From contig CDROCS010000253.1 of NCBI GenBank assembly GCA_977020255.1, positions 434,001 to 498,000 of the forward strand: a DNA stretch of 64,000 bases. Reading direction: 5' to 3'. The first letter of the stretch is position 1; every line of letters starts with the position of its first letter. Under the pieces are notes generated by a model, which did not search any database, was not told the DNA's origin, and saw only the letters and a list, made by a program, of their open reading frames with translations. The DNA comes from Obrimoposthia wandeli (lineage: Eukaryota). Of the stretch, positions 32,319 to 42,303 are shown piece after piece. Made by a program: the position numbers and the translations under genes.

Positions 32319-33551
32319 CTATTCTCCTGACTCTTTAATGCTTGCCATTTGAGTGTCACCTTGCTCAGTTTCTACATCTTTTTCTTCCAGCTTGCTTTCA
32401 TCACTTGCTAAGGCTAATTTCATGCCATCTACAGGATAATCGAGTGCGGAGACAATGAGTTGGTCACCATCTTGCAAACCGTTAGCGACAACAACATTGC
32501 TGCCCTGCTGGCGAACAATGTCAATGACAGCATAATGTAATTTTGATTCACTATCTAAGATAGCGACTTTATTTTTTACCACTAAATAGCGAGGCACTAG
32601 GGTTGCTTGACTGATGTCATAACCCATAATTTTAGCATTGACATAACTACCAAAACGTAGCGGTACATCGCTGCTATCACTTGAACTATTTAATAGGTAG
32701 GGATCATTAATTTCAGCGACTAAGTAACTCATTCGGCTTTTGCTATCAATAACACCTTCACTGCGCGTTATAATTGCTTGCCATTCGATATCTTGTCCTG
32801 CATAAGTACCAATAAGGTTAACTGGTGCATTAACGCCTTGTTTAGTGGATTCCGTTTTAACTAAAAATGCTAATTGATTATCTGCAACTGGTAAACGAAT
32901 TTCTGCCGTTGCTGTACCCAATACATGACCAATTTTAGTGCCTACACCAACATAAGATCCTAAACCAATATTACGACTATTGATCATGGCATCATAAGGC
33001 GCTCTAATTTCAGTGCGCTCTAAGTTACGTTCAGCACGCAACACTGAGGCTTGAGCCGCTTTAACACGCGCAAGCTCCTGAGCAAGTTGTGGCTTACGTA
33101 AACTCAGCTCCGTTGGAGACGTATCTGTTATTTGCTTCCATTCGCGCTCTGCAACTTTACCTTGAGCAACTTCCTTTTCAAGTGCAGCTCTGGCTGTTGC
33201 CATAGAAGCTTGTGCATCAATTAAAGCCGCTTGATAATCGTTCGGGTCAATACGAGCTAACAACTGATTCTTTTTAACAAAACCACCTCGAAGGAAAGTA
33301 TCACTCAGCTCAACGATTTCACCGTTAACTTGAGCAATCAATTCAGTTTCATATTTTGGTTTAGCAATACCGTATGAACTCACCTCTAATGTCATTGGTG
33401 CAACCGTAATTTTGCTCACAGCAACGATCGGTGTATTGTCAACTTCCGCTTTCTCTTCCGGCGGTTTTTTCATACTAGAAAAAACCGCCATGGCAGCTAT
33501 GCCTGCAGCTAAGATGACGATAGGTATAATAATTTGTTTTTTAGTGGCCAC
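32319..33551 (-). CDS. RND periplasmic adaptor (MFP)
   Basis: N-terminal anchor, lipoyl halves, alpha-hairpin, TEIRAPYDA; 2 nt from the permease gene. Confidence 0.92.
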   Translation of the reverse strand: MATKKQIIIPIVILAAGIAAMAVFSSMKKPPEEKAEVDNTPIVAVSKITVAPMTLEVSSYGIAKPKYETELIAQVNGEIVELSDTFLRGGFVKKNQLLARIDPNDYQAALIDAQASMATARAALEKEVAQGKVAEREWKQITDTSPTELSLRKPQLAQELARVKAAQASVLRAERNLERTEIRAPYDAMINSRNIGLGSYVGVGTKIGHVLGTATAEIRLPVADNQLAFLVKTESTKQGVNAPVNLIGTYAGQDIEWQAIITRSEGVIDSKSRMSYLVAEINDPYLLNSSSDSSDVPLRFGSYVNAKIMGYDISQATLVPRYLVVKNKVAILDSESKLHYAVIDIVRQQGSNVVVANGLQDGDQLIVSALDYPVDGMKLALASDESKLEEKDVETEQGDTQMASIKESGE

Positions 33552-33894
33552 TTTTAATCCCTTATTTCTTTAAAATTTTTATATTTTATATTTTATATTT
33601 GCTTTATTGATCGCAAACTTATCTTTATTTTAATAGCGCTAGAATAACCAATTCTTGATTACATGTATTAACAAAGATGTAACTCAGTATTACAAGATGC
33701 ACGCCAAAAAAAAGTAAAAAGATATTCCAGTACCATTTAAAACATAAATCCCCTATTTTACAGTTAGTTAAAATAACATTTAGTGTCCCTTATTTTTTAA
33801 AATAAGTACTTATCGGTAATGATTTTTTTTGTTATTAGTCTTTTTCACTACTTATTGAGCTGTTTCTCATCAACATTGTTAAAATAACCACATA

Positions 33895-34161
33895 TATACC
33901 CAAGCCACTTGAAGCTGCGTGTTTCAGGACCACTGAGCGATTTATGATCAAGGCGCTTCCTTTTATTAAGGATTATTCCCTTAAAAAATGAGGCAACGAA
34001 GCGCATAAACTGCTCAGGGGTCCCCATAGGGCTGGTTTAGAAACGCTTTATGCTGCGTTATTGATTTCGACAATAGAATAACTATTATCTTCAATCAATG
34101 CCTTGCCTAAAGGCGCTTCTAATTCCAGCTGAAACCGGCATCTTCAGGTGGCTTGGGTATA
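33895..34161. mobile_element. ERIC-like MITE, intact copy 1 (267 bp)
   Basis: Starts TATACCCAAGCCAC and ends GTGGCTTGGGTATA. The 33-bp terminal inverted repeats match 29/33, with TA at both ends, two internal long hairpin modules and no ORF. Confidence 0.85.
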
Positions 34162-34243
34162 GTAAATAATAATCGAATTGAAATCAGTGGGTATAACTTT
34201 TTGAATACGTTATAATGAGAAAAATTTATCCACGGCTTTTTCC

Positions 34244-35098
34244 ATGACAGATTCTCAAAATACAACACCAGCAACCCTTGGTAAATTCAACCTGCTCAAC
34301 ATTGTTGCCATGTTGGACAAAGGCGCATACCTAGATGGTGGGGACTTAGGTGAGATTCTATTACCTAAACGCGACCTGCCAGAGGCTTGCAAAGTCGGTG
34401 AAAAAATCAAGGTATTCCTTTACCTTGATTCTGCTGAAAGGCTTATAGCTACAACAACTACGCCTTTAGCCCAAGTAGGTGAATTTGTCTCTTTAAAAGT
34501 TGTACAGGTAAATAAAATTGGCGCCTTTCTTGATTGGGGGTTACCTAAAGATTTATTAGTACCGTTCACTCAACAGCATTCCGAAATGGAAGTGGGTAAG
34601 TACTATCTCGTTAGAGTTTTTCTTGATCAACTTACTAATCGTATTGCCGCTTCAAGTAAGATAGATAAATTTCTTGATATCTGGCCTGCAGAATACCAAC
34701 AAGGCGATAAAGTAAACTTAATTATTGGTGGAAAAACTGATTTAGGTTTCAAGGCTATTGTTAATGACCTACATTGGGGCTTACTTTATGATAATGAAAT
34801 TTTTCAACATCTTAGAGTTGGAAAAAAAATTCCTGGCTATATTAAACAAGTACGTGAAGACGGCCGCTTAGATCTTCTTTTAACACGTGGTAGTAAAAAT
34901 AAAGTTAATGATTTTTCTGAAAAGCTATTAGCGCATATTGCTGATAGAGGTGGTATCACGCCATTAAATGATAAAAGTGCCCCCGAATTAATTCAAAGAA
35001 CTTTAGGGGTAAGTAAAAAAACCTTTAAAGCAACGGTAGGCAATTTACTAAAAAAGGGAAAAATTGCCATTGTTAAAGAAGGTATAAAGTTAGTTTAA
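34244..35098 (+). CDS. cvfB: CvfB/YitL-family S1 RNA-binding protein
   Basis: GAYLDGG, GAFLDWGLPKDLLVP, C-terminal winged helix (SKKTFKATVGNLLK). Confidence 0.88.
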   Translation: MTDSQNTTPATLGKFNLLNIVAMLDKGAYLDGGDLGEILLPKRDLPEACKVGEKIKVFLYLDSAERLIATTTTPLAQVGEFVSLKVVQVNKIGAFLDWGLPKDLLVPFTQQHSEMEVGKYYLVRVFLDQLTNRIAASSKIDKFLDIWPAEYQQGDKVNLIIGGKTDLGFKAIVNDLHWGLLYDNEIFQHLRVGKKIPGYIKQVREDGRLDLLLTRGSKNKVNDFSEKLLAHIADRGGITPLNDKSAPELIQRTLGVSKKTFKATVGNLLKKGKIAIVKEGIKLV

Positions 35099-35124
35099 AT
35101 AAATTAACTCAATAACGTTCAAAC

Positions 35125-35163
35125 AAAAAAGAGGCTATAACATTGTTATAGCCTCTTTTTTTT
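35125..35163. terminator. Bidirectional intrinsic terminator
   Basis: aaaaaagaggctataac-att-gttatagcctctttttttt between convergent genes. Confidence 0.88.
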
Positions 35164-35260
35164 ACGCTAACTTTTGCTACGAATATCAATACTACCAGTC
35201 AGACCAATTTATTATTCCGCTTGGTATTACTACTTAAGCAAACAGCATAATCTATTAGTA

Positions 35261-37726
35261 TTAAAAACTTCCTCGAATACCAATGCTGAAATTACGTCCA
35301 GGCAATGGCGCAACTTCTTTTAGAAATGATGAATGCACACGAGCGCGCTCATCTGTTAAGTTTTGTGCTTTTACATACACGGTTAAATCATCACCAACAC
35401 CATTGATGTAATAATTAAAGTTTGCATCAACCATGGTATAACTATCGGTGTTTGTCTCTAGCTCCGCTACATCATCCTGTTCGAAGTAATGGCTCACGCT
35501 TAATTCACTATCAAACTTATCGGCTTGATAGTTGAAAATAGCGCCAATCCGCATAGGAGGGATCCGCGGTAAATTATCATTTTCATCTTCATTGACTAAG
35601 CGTGCTCGAATATAATCAGCGATTAAGCTTGTTTTAAATGACGATGATACTTGATAAATAAACTCAGCTTCAGCACCGTACATTTCAACATCATCTTGTT
35701 GGTACACTAAAATTGGTAGACCTGATTCATCTTCATGCTCATCGGCATGGCCGTGTTCCTTAACAAAAAACAAACCAGTATCTCGCTGATAATAATAATC
35801 ATCTACACGGTTATAAAAAGCACTAATGACGTAGCCAAAATCACCATTAAATTTTCGGAATGTTAAGTCAAAATTAAGTGACGTTTCAACACTCGGTGCT
35901 TGCTCGACTAACTCAACATGTACTTCATCACCTTCTTGGTGCACATCAAACATAGCACCGACTTCAAAGGTATTAGTTCCTATATGAGGACCAAAGGAAA
36001 ATAACTCTCCCGCAGAAGCCGCTCGTTGTGATAATGCCGTTGAGAACCCTAAATTATAACCTGCTTGGTAATTCCATACTAAGCCTACTGAAGCACTGAT
36101 TGGCGTAAATGACTGCTGATCGAATGAGACTAATGTTTGATGATGTTCATCGTGTGATGGCTCTGTATGTTGATCTTGATGAGAATCTTCAAAGCCAATT
36201 AAGCTATCATCGGCATCTATATTTACCTGCTCGATCCTTGCACCTAACTGCAACAATACCGAACCGAAGTGTTTCTCTTCTAACCAAGCAACAGCAAACA
36301 TTTCCGATTTAGATGGAGGAGAAAAAGCCTCTTCACCCAGTGCTTTAAAGTCTGATGATTTATAATGAATTGTCCATGCACCCTGCCATCCTGCAGTATT
36401 TTCGTGGAATAGGTCAATGCGTGCTTCAGTACTTTTATTGGTAAAAGTTGTGCCCACTTCACCTGACTCAATCTCTTGATGCTGATAATCACTATAAGCA
36501 AATTTTGTCGCTACCTTGCTAATAAATTGTTGCTCAAAATTATACTCCCCGAGAACCTGCCACCTATCTTGCTTCATTTTCGCATAAACACCTTCTTCTT
36601 CATCATGTTCCTCAGTTGAGTGTTCATCGGCATGTTCTTCTTCATGGCTATGTCCAGGAATACCGTACTCTCTGTCCATAAAACCATAAGAAAAACCAAT
36701 AAAGCCATCTTCAAACAAGTAACTTGAACCCAGTGTTGCGCCACTGGCAGTACTCGAGCTATTTGCTAGACGAGTTTCCCCATGATCTTCATGCTCTTCG
36801 TTATGGATATCAGCTTCACCCGCAAGTTTATAGTCTTTAGAGTCACGCCAAAAGGCATCAAGATGAAAAGCTATGTTATCAGTACCCGTTTGGATATTAA
36901 CAGAGGCTTGCTGCTCATTAGATACATCGTTATATTGTAACAAGTAGTCGACTTGATCATCACTACTCGTTGGCACACGTCCATCCACCACGTTAACTAC
37001 ACCACCAATAGCGCCACTGCCATAAAAAAGTGTCGCTGGACCCCGTAAAACTTCTATTTGAGTGGCGGTACTCGTTTCTGTAGCGACAACATGATCAGGC
37101 CCAACACGTGATGCATCACCAACGTCTAAGCCGTTTTGTGTAATAAGTACTCTAGGACCATCCAACCCCCTAATAATTGGGGTGCTGGCAACAGGACCAT
37201 AATAGCTAGAGTGCACGCCAACTTCATTTTTTAAGGTTTCACCTAAAGTTGCCGCTTGTTTCATTTTCAATTCATCTGCGCTGAGCACATTAATAGGCAG
37301 TGCTGACTCAATTGATGAAGTATGTAATGGCGTTGCATGTACATCAATAACTTCCATTACCGATCTAGGTAATACTACATTTAAGTCAGTAATATCTTCT
37401 TCTTTCATTGTAATGTGTTGATTGCTATGACCGTAGTTTTTAGCACTAATGTGAAGTTCAAAAAACCCCTTCTTAACATCGGTAAAATTAAATAGTCCCA
37501 AAGAGTTTGTGTGTACTTGCTGTGAATCTCCATTTAACCCTACAGTAGCATTATTAATCGGTTGACCTTGTTTGTTCAGTACAACACCAGATAACTGCTG
37601 AGCGAAGGTGTTAGGAACAAAACATAACATTGTACCCAGTGTCGACAGTACCGTAGCACTAACTATTTTTTTCAAAGGTGATTTTACTTGAGCATTAATA
37701 CTCTTTTGAGTCGCAGAGAATGACAT
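35261..37726 (-). CDS. TonB-dependent receptor, ZnuD-like with His-rich loops
   Basis: Plug motifs (PIIRGLDGPRV, IEVLRGPATLFYGSGAIGGVVN), several His/Glu-rich inserts, C-terminal GIRGSF. Start set at the ATG at 37726. Confidence 0.88.
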   Translation of the reverse strand: MSFSATQKSINAQVKSPLKKIVSATVLSTLGTMLCFVPNTFAQQLSGVVLNKQGQPINNATVGLNGDSQQVHTNSLGLFNFTDVKKGFFELHISAKNYGHSNQHITMKEEDITDLNVVLPRSVMEVIDVHATPLHTSSIESALPINVLSADELKMKQAATLGETLKNEVGVHSSYYGPVASTPIIRGLDGPRVLITQNGLDVGDASRVGPDHVVATETSTATQIEVLRGPATLFYGSGAIGGVVNVVDGRVPTSSDDQVDYLLQYNDVSNEQQASVNIQTGTDNIAFHLDAFWRDSKDYKLAGEADIHNEEHEDHGETRLANSSSTASGATLGSSYLFEDGFIGFSYGFMDREYGIPGHSHEEEHADEHSTEEHDEEEGVYAKMKQDRWQVLGEYNFEQQFISKVATKFAYSDYQHQEIESGEVGTTFTNKSTEARIDLFHENTAGWQGAWTIHYKSSDFKALGEEAFSPPSKSEMFAVAWLEEKHFGSVLLQLGARIEQVNIDADDSLIGFEDSHQDQHTEPSHDEHHQTLVSFDQQSFTPISASVGLVWNYQAGYNLGFSTALSQRAASAGELFSFGPHIGTNTFEVGAMFDVHQEGDEVHVELVEQAPSVETSLNFDLTFRKFNGDFGYVISAFYNRVDDYYYQRDTGLFFVKEHGHADEHEDESGLPILVYQQDDVEMYGAEAEFIYQVSSSFKTSLIADYIRARLVNEDENDNLPRIPPMRIGAIFNYQADKFDSELSVSHYFEQDDVAELETNTDSYTMVDANFNYYINGVGDDLTVYVKAQNLTDERARVHSSFLKEVAPLPGRNFSIGIRGSF

Positions 37727-37850
37727 AAACTGGTTTCCGATAATTTTAGAAGATGTATACCGCACTGCAAATTGATATTCGCAGACAGGCAATTAAGTGA
37801 AGTACTTATGTTGACTAAGCACTCACTATAAAAAATAAATAATAATAAAA

Positions 37851-38141
37851 TTACAGAAAGCTTGGTGGTGCTCTTAATGGAGGGTATACGTAAGCTGTAG
37901 AAGTAAGCGCAAGGTTGATAATACGAATTTTGTTAAAATTAGTGATACCTGAAGATATCGGATATAGTCTTATAGGGCTTGGTGGTGAGTCGATACCTTG
38001 TTGACATAAGTTACAGTCATGCTGTTCAAAATTTGACAAGGCGTCAAATTCAACTTGTGCATAATGCTCACTATGGACAAACAAAGTGGCACAAAAAAGC
38101 AAGAGCGTTAAAACACTCTGGCGAATTTGTCGTTCATTCAT
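37851..38141 (-). CDS. DUF2946-like small protein with CxxC and C-terminal RAPP
   Basis: Hydrophobic N-region, HSEH, HDCNLC, ending YPPLRAPPSFL. Start is probably 38141 or 38168, because the ORF-track start lies upstream of the Zur box. Confidence 0.75.
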   Translation of the reverse strand: MNERQIRQSVLTLLLFCATLFVHSEHYAQVEFDALSNFEQHDCNLCQQGIDSPPSPIRLYPISSGITNFNKIRIINLALTSTAYVYPPLRAPPSFL

Positions 38142-38171
38142 CTGTAGTTGAGATAATGTAAAGTTCATACT

Positions 38172-38186
38172 TGTTATAGTATAACA
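38172..38186. promoter_or_regulatory. Zur box
   Basis: Perfect 7-1-7 palindrome TGTTATA-G-TATAACA, the gammaproteobacterial Zur core. It overlaps a minus-strand TATACT -10-like hexamer. Confidence 0.85.
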
Positions 38187-38358
38187 CTTAAAAATCAAAC
38201 TCAATAATTGCTTCTCTCTCTGTAAGAGTTTTTTTATCTTCAACAAAAAAAACAGCAGTGCTGCGCTATACTTTATGCAAGTTCCCCCTGTCCTACCATC
38301 GCATCGAGTAGTTATTGATTGAATAGTTATGTTGTCTCATTAATACAAGGATATCTTT

Positions 38359-39624
38359 ATGGCACCTTTAACCCACTCCCCATTAAATAAATCTAGTGCT
38401 AGAGTCCTAAAACGAGCATTATTTCTATTGTCCATAATGCTTGTAACATTTCCTATTTATAGTGAAAGCTTTACCGCAAAGCGAACAGGACAAGGTTTTA
38501 CCGGCTTAACACAAGACTTTACTTCATCGTTGAGCAACCCCGCCTTACTGACTAAGTTCCGTAATGATAATGACGTCTTCTTTTCTTTAAACATAGGCAT
38601 CATGGCATCTGATAAATATAATGTTATTGATAACGCTGAGGACATTAGTGACAATCTTGATACATTGGCCGACGACATTAACGGCACGCAACTTCAAAAT
38701 ATTCAATCACCAGATCAAGTAAAAAACTATAGCGATGATTTGAATCAGCAGGTCGACACTATAATTACTGATTTTGAAAAAATAGATGGGCAAGTGGTAA
38801 AAGTGCGTAATGGCTTGAACTTACAAATTATCATCCCTAATCAATTTTTGAGTTTTGGTCTTTTTACCAACCAATATAGTCGTATTGGTGGGGTAATGGA
38901 TTACAACGAAAACGATGAAGAAATATTAAATGATGCCATTTTATCAGGTGACCTAGATTTAAAGGATCTAGAATCAGCAACTACAGCCGTCGGTTACTCC
39001 ATTGCTGAGGCAGGTTTTATGGCTGGTTATCCTGCCATTACACACACTAACTATGATCTAAGCATCGGTGCCAAGTTAAAATATCAACGTATTGATCTTT
39101 ATTATAACCGCGTACAAATTAGTGACTTCGATGATGACGACTTCGAGATTACCAATGATGAAAATATCACAAAAAAAAGTGGCACTAATATTGACTTAGG
39201 AATATATATAAACTGGGGCTCAGAGCGTCAATGGCACGCGGCATTGGTCACAAATAATTTAATAAAACAAACCGTGCATCATGTTGAGAAAAATCTTATT
39301 TTTACTTTAGAAAACAGTACTAGCTTTGGTTTAAGCTATCAAAACAGTTGGGTAAGTTTAGCAACCGATATCGATTTAACCGATCGGGAACAATTCGCTT
39401 CTATAGAGCCATCCAGATATGCTGGCGTGGGGGCTGAGTTTCGTTTCTATGAGCATATTCAATTTCGTTTAGGTTATCGCACTGACTTAAATAATGTTGA
39501 TGATGATATTTATACTGCTGGTATTGGTATTTCACCCTGGGATGTTTTCGCCGTTGATATTGCTGCCTTTACGGGAGATAGCGATACTATAGGGGCTGCA
39601 TTGCAACTCAGTTTAAAAATATAG
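38359..39624 (+). CDS. TraF-family (PF13729-like) outer-membrane beta-barrel protein
   Basis: Signal peptide, SSLSNPALL, beta-strand-rich C-half, terminal LQLSLKI. Confidence 0.65.
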   Translation: MAPLTHSPLNKSSARVLKRALFLLSIMLVTFPIYSESFTAKRTGQGFTGLTQDFTSSLSNPALLTKFRNDNDVFFSLNIGIMASDKYNVIDNAEDISDNLDTLADDINGTQLQNIQSPDQVKNYSDDLNQQVDTIITDFEKIDGQVVKVRNGLNLQIIIPNQFLSFGLFTNQYSRIGGVMDYNENDEEILNDAILSGDLDLKDLESATTAVGYSIAEAGFMAGYPAITHTNYDLSIGAKLKYQRIDLYYNRVQISDFDDDDFEITNDENITKKSGTNIDLGIYINWGSERQWHAALVTNNLIKQTVHHVEKNLIFTLENSTSFGLSYQNSWVSLATDIDLTDREQFASIEPSRYAGVGAEFRFYEHIQFRLGYRTDLNNVDDDIYTAGIGISPWDVFAVDIAAFTGDSDTIGAALQLSLKI

Positions 39625-39679
39625 TCACCCTTACTGCTAAGTTACGCTACTTCTGTATATTCTTTGCATAACAGATAAT

Positions 39680-39718
39680 AAAAAAGCAGTTATTGATAAT
39701 ATCAATAACTGCTTTTTT
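39680..39718. terminator. Bidirectional terminator ending the lysine operon
   Basis: aaaaaagcagttattgat-aat-atcaataactgctttttt. Confidence 0.88.
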
Positions 39719-39740
39719 AATGTTATATGGTTAGTAATAA

Positions 39741-40874
39741 TTAAAGTTTAAAGTAATTACAAAAAACCTTATATAACTCAGTTCCCTGATTAACACTCGC
39801 AGAAGCGAAGTGCAAAATAGGAATAACCTCTTGCTCAAGTGACACATAATGCAACGCCTCACCATCACCGTAATTATCCATACGAAGGATTCGAGCTAAC
39901 GGCTCTCCGGCTGCTAAAGGCTTACCGAATTCCCCAAGGTAATCAACCATGCCACCCATCGGTGAATATAAGGCTTTATAATCCTTCAAGTAACAAGCGT
40001 ATCGGGTCATTTTCTGAGGCTGATACTGTTTATTATCGATAACACCCTGAGCGTGTAAATAAGACAAAATACCCAGTGCATCTTGCTTAGCTACCTCTAG
40101 GTCAATTTGTTCTTGGGAGCCAAGCTCAACGGTAAAGCTCTCTTTCTTAAAAGCGCCTTTACCCATAGTAAAGTTTCGACCTAAGTCTTGATAGGCTTCT
40201 TGCAAGCTCCACCATGGACAAAAGGTTGCTTCATCCATGGCGCCATCAAAGCCATTCTGAATAAAGATGGTATGCTCAATATCAAAAAACTCCGCGCTGG
40301 CTTTGGCATACTCAGGACAATATAAGTGCTTACTTGAAATAGGACCTGTGTGTAAGTCCAAAACTATATCAGCCTGATATGCTAGACGTTGTAACTGGTA
40401 GGCAATACGTTGCCCCGTAGTGATCCCCCAAATATTGTGTTCTAATCGTTGATCTATTTCAGTAATCAAAAGTTGCTGGAATTTATCTGCTATTTCTTCT
40501 TCACTCGCATCAAGGTATTGCTGAGCAAAAGGCCCAATAACACTTTGGTCAAAGTGATACATTCGATTCCAGTTTTCCCCAGTAATGGGGTCAAATCGTC
40601 CTAAAGTATACTCACCATTTTTATGATTACAGGCTACCGGATTAGCATACGGCACTAAGGTAATATTGCCTTGTAAATTACAATGCTGTAGCAATTCAAG
40701 CAGCTGAAAAATAACCGCGTTACCTTGTACTTCAGCGCCATGCATATTGGCCTGAATATAAACATTGGGACCAGAATTACTTTCAGATTTAAAGGCATAC
40801 ACCGGCACAGTTAACTTAGCACCACTCGCCATTTCGCCAACTGACATAACTTCTTTGGTAAAACTATTCATCAC
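39741..40874 (-). CDS. M14 / AstE-AspA-family zinc desuccinylase/deacylase
   Basis: HGAE (HxxE), ENWNR, VLDLHTG; biotinyl-like C-terminal domain. Confidence 0.85.
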   Translation of the reverse strand: MMNSFTKEVMSVGEMASGAKLTVPVYAFKSESNSGPNVYIQANMHGAEVQGNAVIFQLLELLQHCNLQGNITLVPYANPVACNHKNGEYTLGRFDPITGENWNRMYHFDQSVIGPFAQQYLDASEEEIADKFQQLLITEIDQRLEHNIWGITTGQRIAYQLQRLAYQADIVLDLHTGPISSKHLYCPEYAKASAEFFDIEHTIFIQNGFDGAMDEATFCPWWSLQEAYQDLGRNFTMGKGAFKKESFTVELGSQEQIDLEVAKQDALGILSYLHAQGVIDNKQYQPQKMTRYACYLKDYKALYSPMGGMVDYLGEFGKPLAAGEPLARILRMDNYGDGEALHYVSLEQEVIPILHFASASVNQGTELYKVFCNYFKL

Positions 40875-40897
40875 AACTCCTCACTCCTAAACATAAG

Positions 40898-42148
40898 CTA
40901 AGCCAAATAAGATGAAGCAGGCTGAGCTGCTCTGATTTGAGTTAGCGTACCATTTTGGTAAACATATTCAGCCGCTAATTCATGACATAAGAAAAACGGC
41001 ATGCTTTCAGTAAAGCCATAAGCGCCGCAATAACCAAACACTAATTGTTCACCAACAGCAGTGTCTTTAGGTAACTGTAAATGCCCTAACTTATCCATAC
41101 TAGTGCATAAAGGGCCATGAATATCAAAAGCTTGCATAGAGTCTTTTTCAGCTATAAACCCTTCTCGTAGTATCTGTACCGGAAAAGGTTGTTCGGTTAT
41201 CGCTGGGCGTAATAAGTGATTGATACCCGCTGCCAAAACTAGCTGTTCTTGGCCATAATTCATTTTTCTATCAACGACAGGTACGACATAATAGCCATAC
41301 TCTGCAACCGCAAAACGTCCTAATTCAAGCCATAATTCTTTGACACCAGCTTTTTCTTTGATAATGGCCAAGTCTTCGATAACTTGAGACCAAGACAATA
41401 CTTGTCCTTCACCTAAGTAATCAATACCTAAACCACCGCCTAAATCGAGTACATCAAGTGTCATACCAATGCTTTTAGCTAAATTGGTCAAGGGCGTTAT
41501 CATTTGAGACCATAATGAAAACATTTTTTCATTACTGAGCATGTTGCCCCATTGAAAAATATGCAAGCCACAAAGATCCAACGCTGGATAGTCATCTACG
41601 TGGATATTTTGCCACTCAGACACTGATAAACCAAAAGGCGTTAAGCTATTGCCACCCAGTGGATTTTTCTCGCCTTCATGCCATTGCAGCTGAACTCTTA
41701 GAAGTACTTTCGGTCTGGCATTGCTACAGGAAGATTGTTCCTGCTCAAGAACCGCTTCATTTAACCAGTTCAGTTGATTTAAACTCTCAACCACAAAAGT
41801 ATTAACGCCCAGCTTAACAAATGCAGTAAGCTGTTTTTTTGATTTAGCGGGTCCAGTATTTAATACTCGACTGGGATCGATACCTTGCGCTAAAACTTGA
41901 GCTAATTCACCACTACTAGCAACATCAAAGTTAAAACCTTCACTATCTAATGTTTGAATTACTTTTGATAATGGATTCGCTTTAACAGCAAACCATAATT
42001 TAATGACGTCTTGCTGCTGCAAAGCGGCTAAATGTACTTTAAGTGCATCGAGTTGATAAACAAAATAGCCTTGTTCATCTTCTGGTGATTCATGGGTAAC
42101 TAAGGCATTTTCAATACTGGTGTCAAACCAAGTGGATTTAGTCATCAT
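40898..42148 (-). CDS. PLP fold-III amino-acid decarboxylase, divergent LysA-like
   Basis: FAVKANP, DLGGGLG, ELGRF, GPLC, GAYG. It has HIFQWGN where canonical LysA has HIGSQ. Confidence 0.85.
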   Translation of the reverse strand: MMTKSTWFDTSIENALVTHESPEDEQGYFVYQLDALKVHLAALQQQDVIKLWFAVKANPLSKVIQTLDSEGFNFDVASSGELAQVLAQGIDPSRVLNTGPAKSKKQLTAFVKLGVNTFVVESLNQLNWLNEAVLEQEQSSCSNARPKVLLRVQLQWHEGEKNPLGGNSLTPFGLSVSEWQNIHVDDYPALDLCGLHIFQWGNMLSNEKMFSLWSQMITPLTNLAKSIGMTLDVLDLGGGLGIDYLGEGQVLSWSQVIEDLAIIKEKAGVKELWLELGRFAVAEYGYYVVPVVDRKMNYGQEQLVLAAGINHLLRPAITEQPFPVQILREGFIAEKDSMQAFDIHGPLCTSMDKLGHLQLPKDTAVGEQLVFGYCGAYGFTESMPFFLCHELAAEYVYQNGTLTQIRAAQPASSYLA

Positions 42149-42303
42149 AATTTTCTTTAATCTTAATAACTCAATCGAGTTAGTGAATTAGTTATTCAGC
42201 TTTAAGTTGTATGATTCAAGCTAAAGAAAAAAGCACGGAGTTGATGAATATCAATGAGTACTTTTGACGCATAGATTGGACCATACAGCGACAAGATGAT
42301 TAA

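Noticed and set aside
34225-34233. DnaA-box-like TTATCCACG
   Set aside because: A single one-mismatch copy, expected by chance.
35133-35152. TATAACA/TGTTATA resembling Zur half-sites
   Set aside because: The half-sites are in the wrong order for a Zur box, and they are the stem of the bidirectional terminator.
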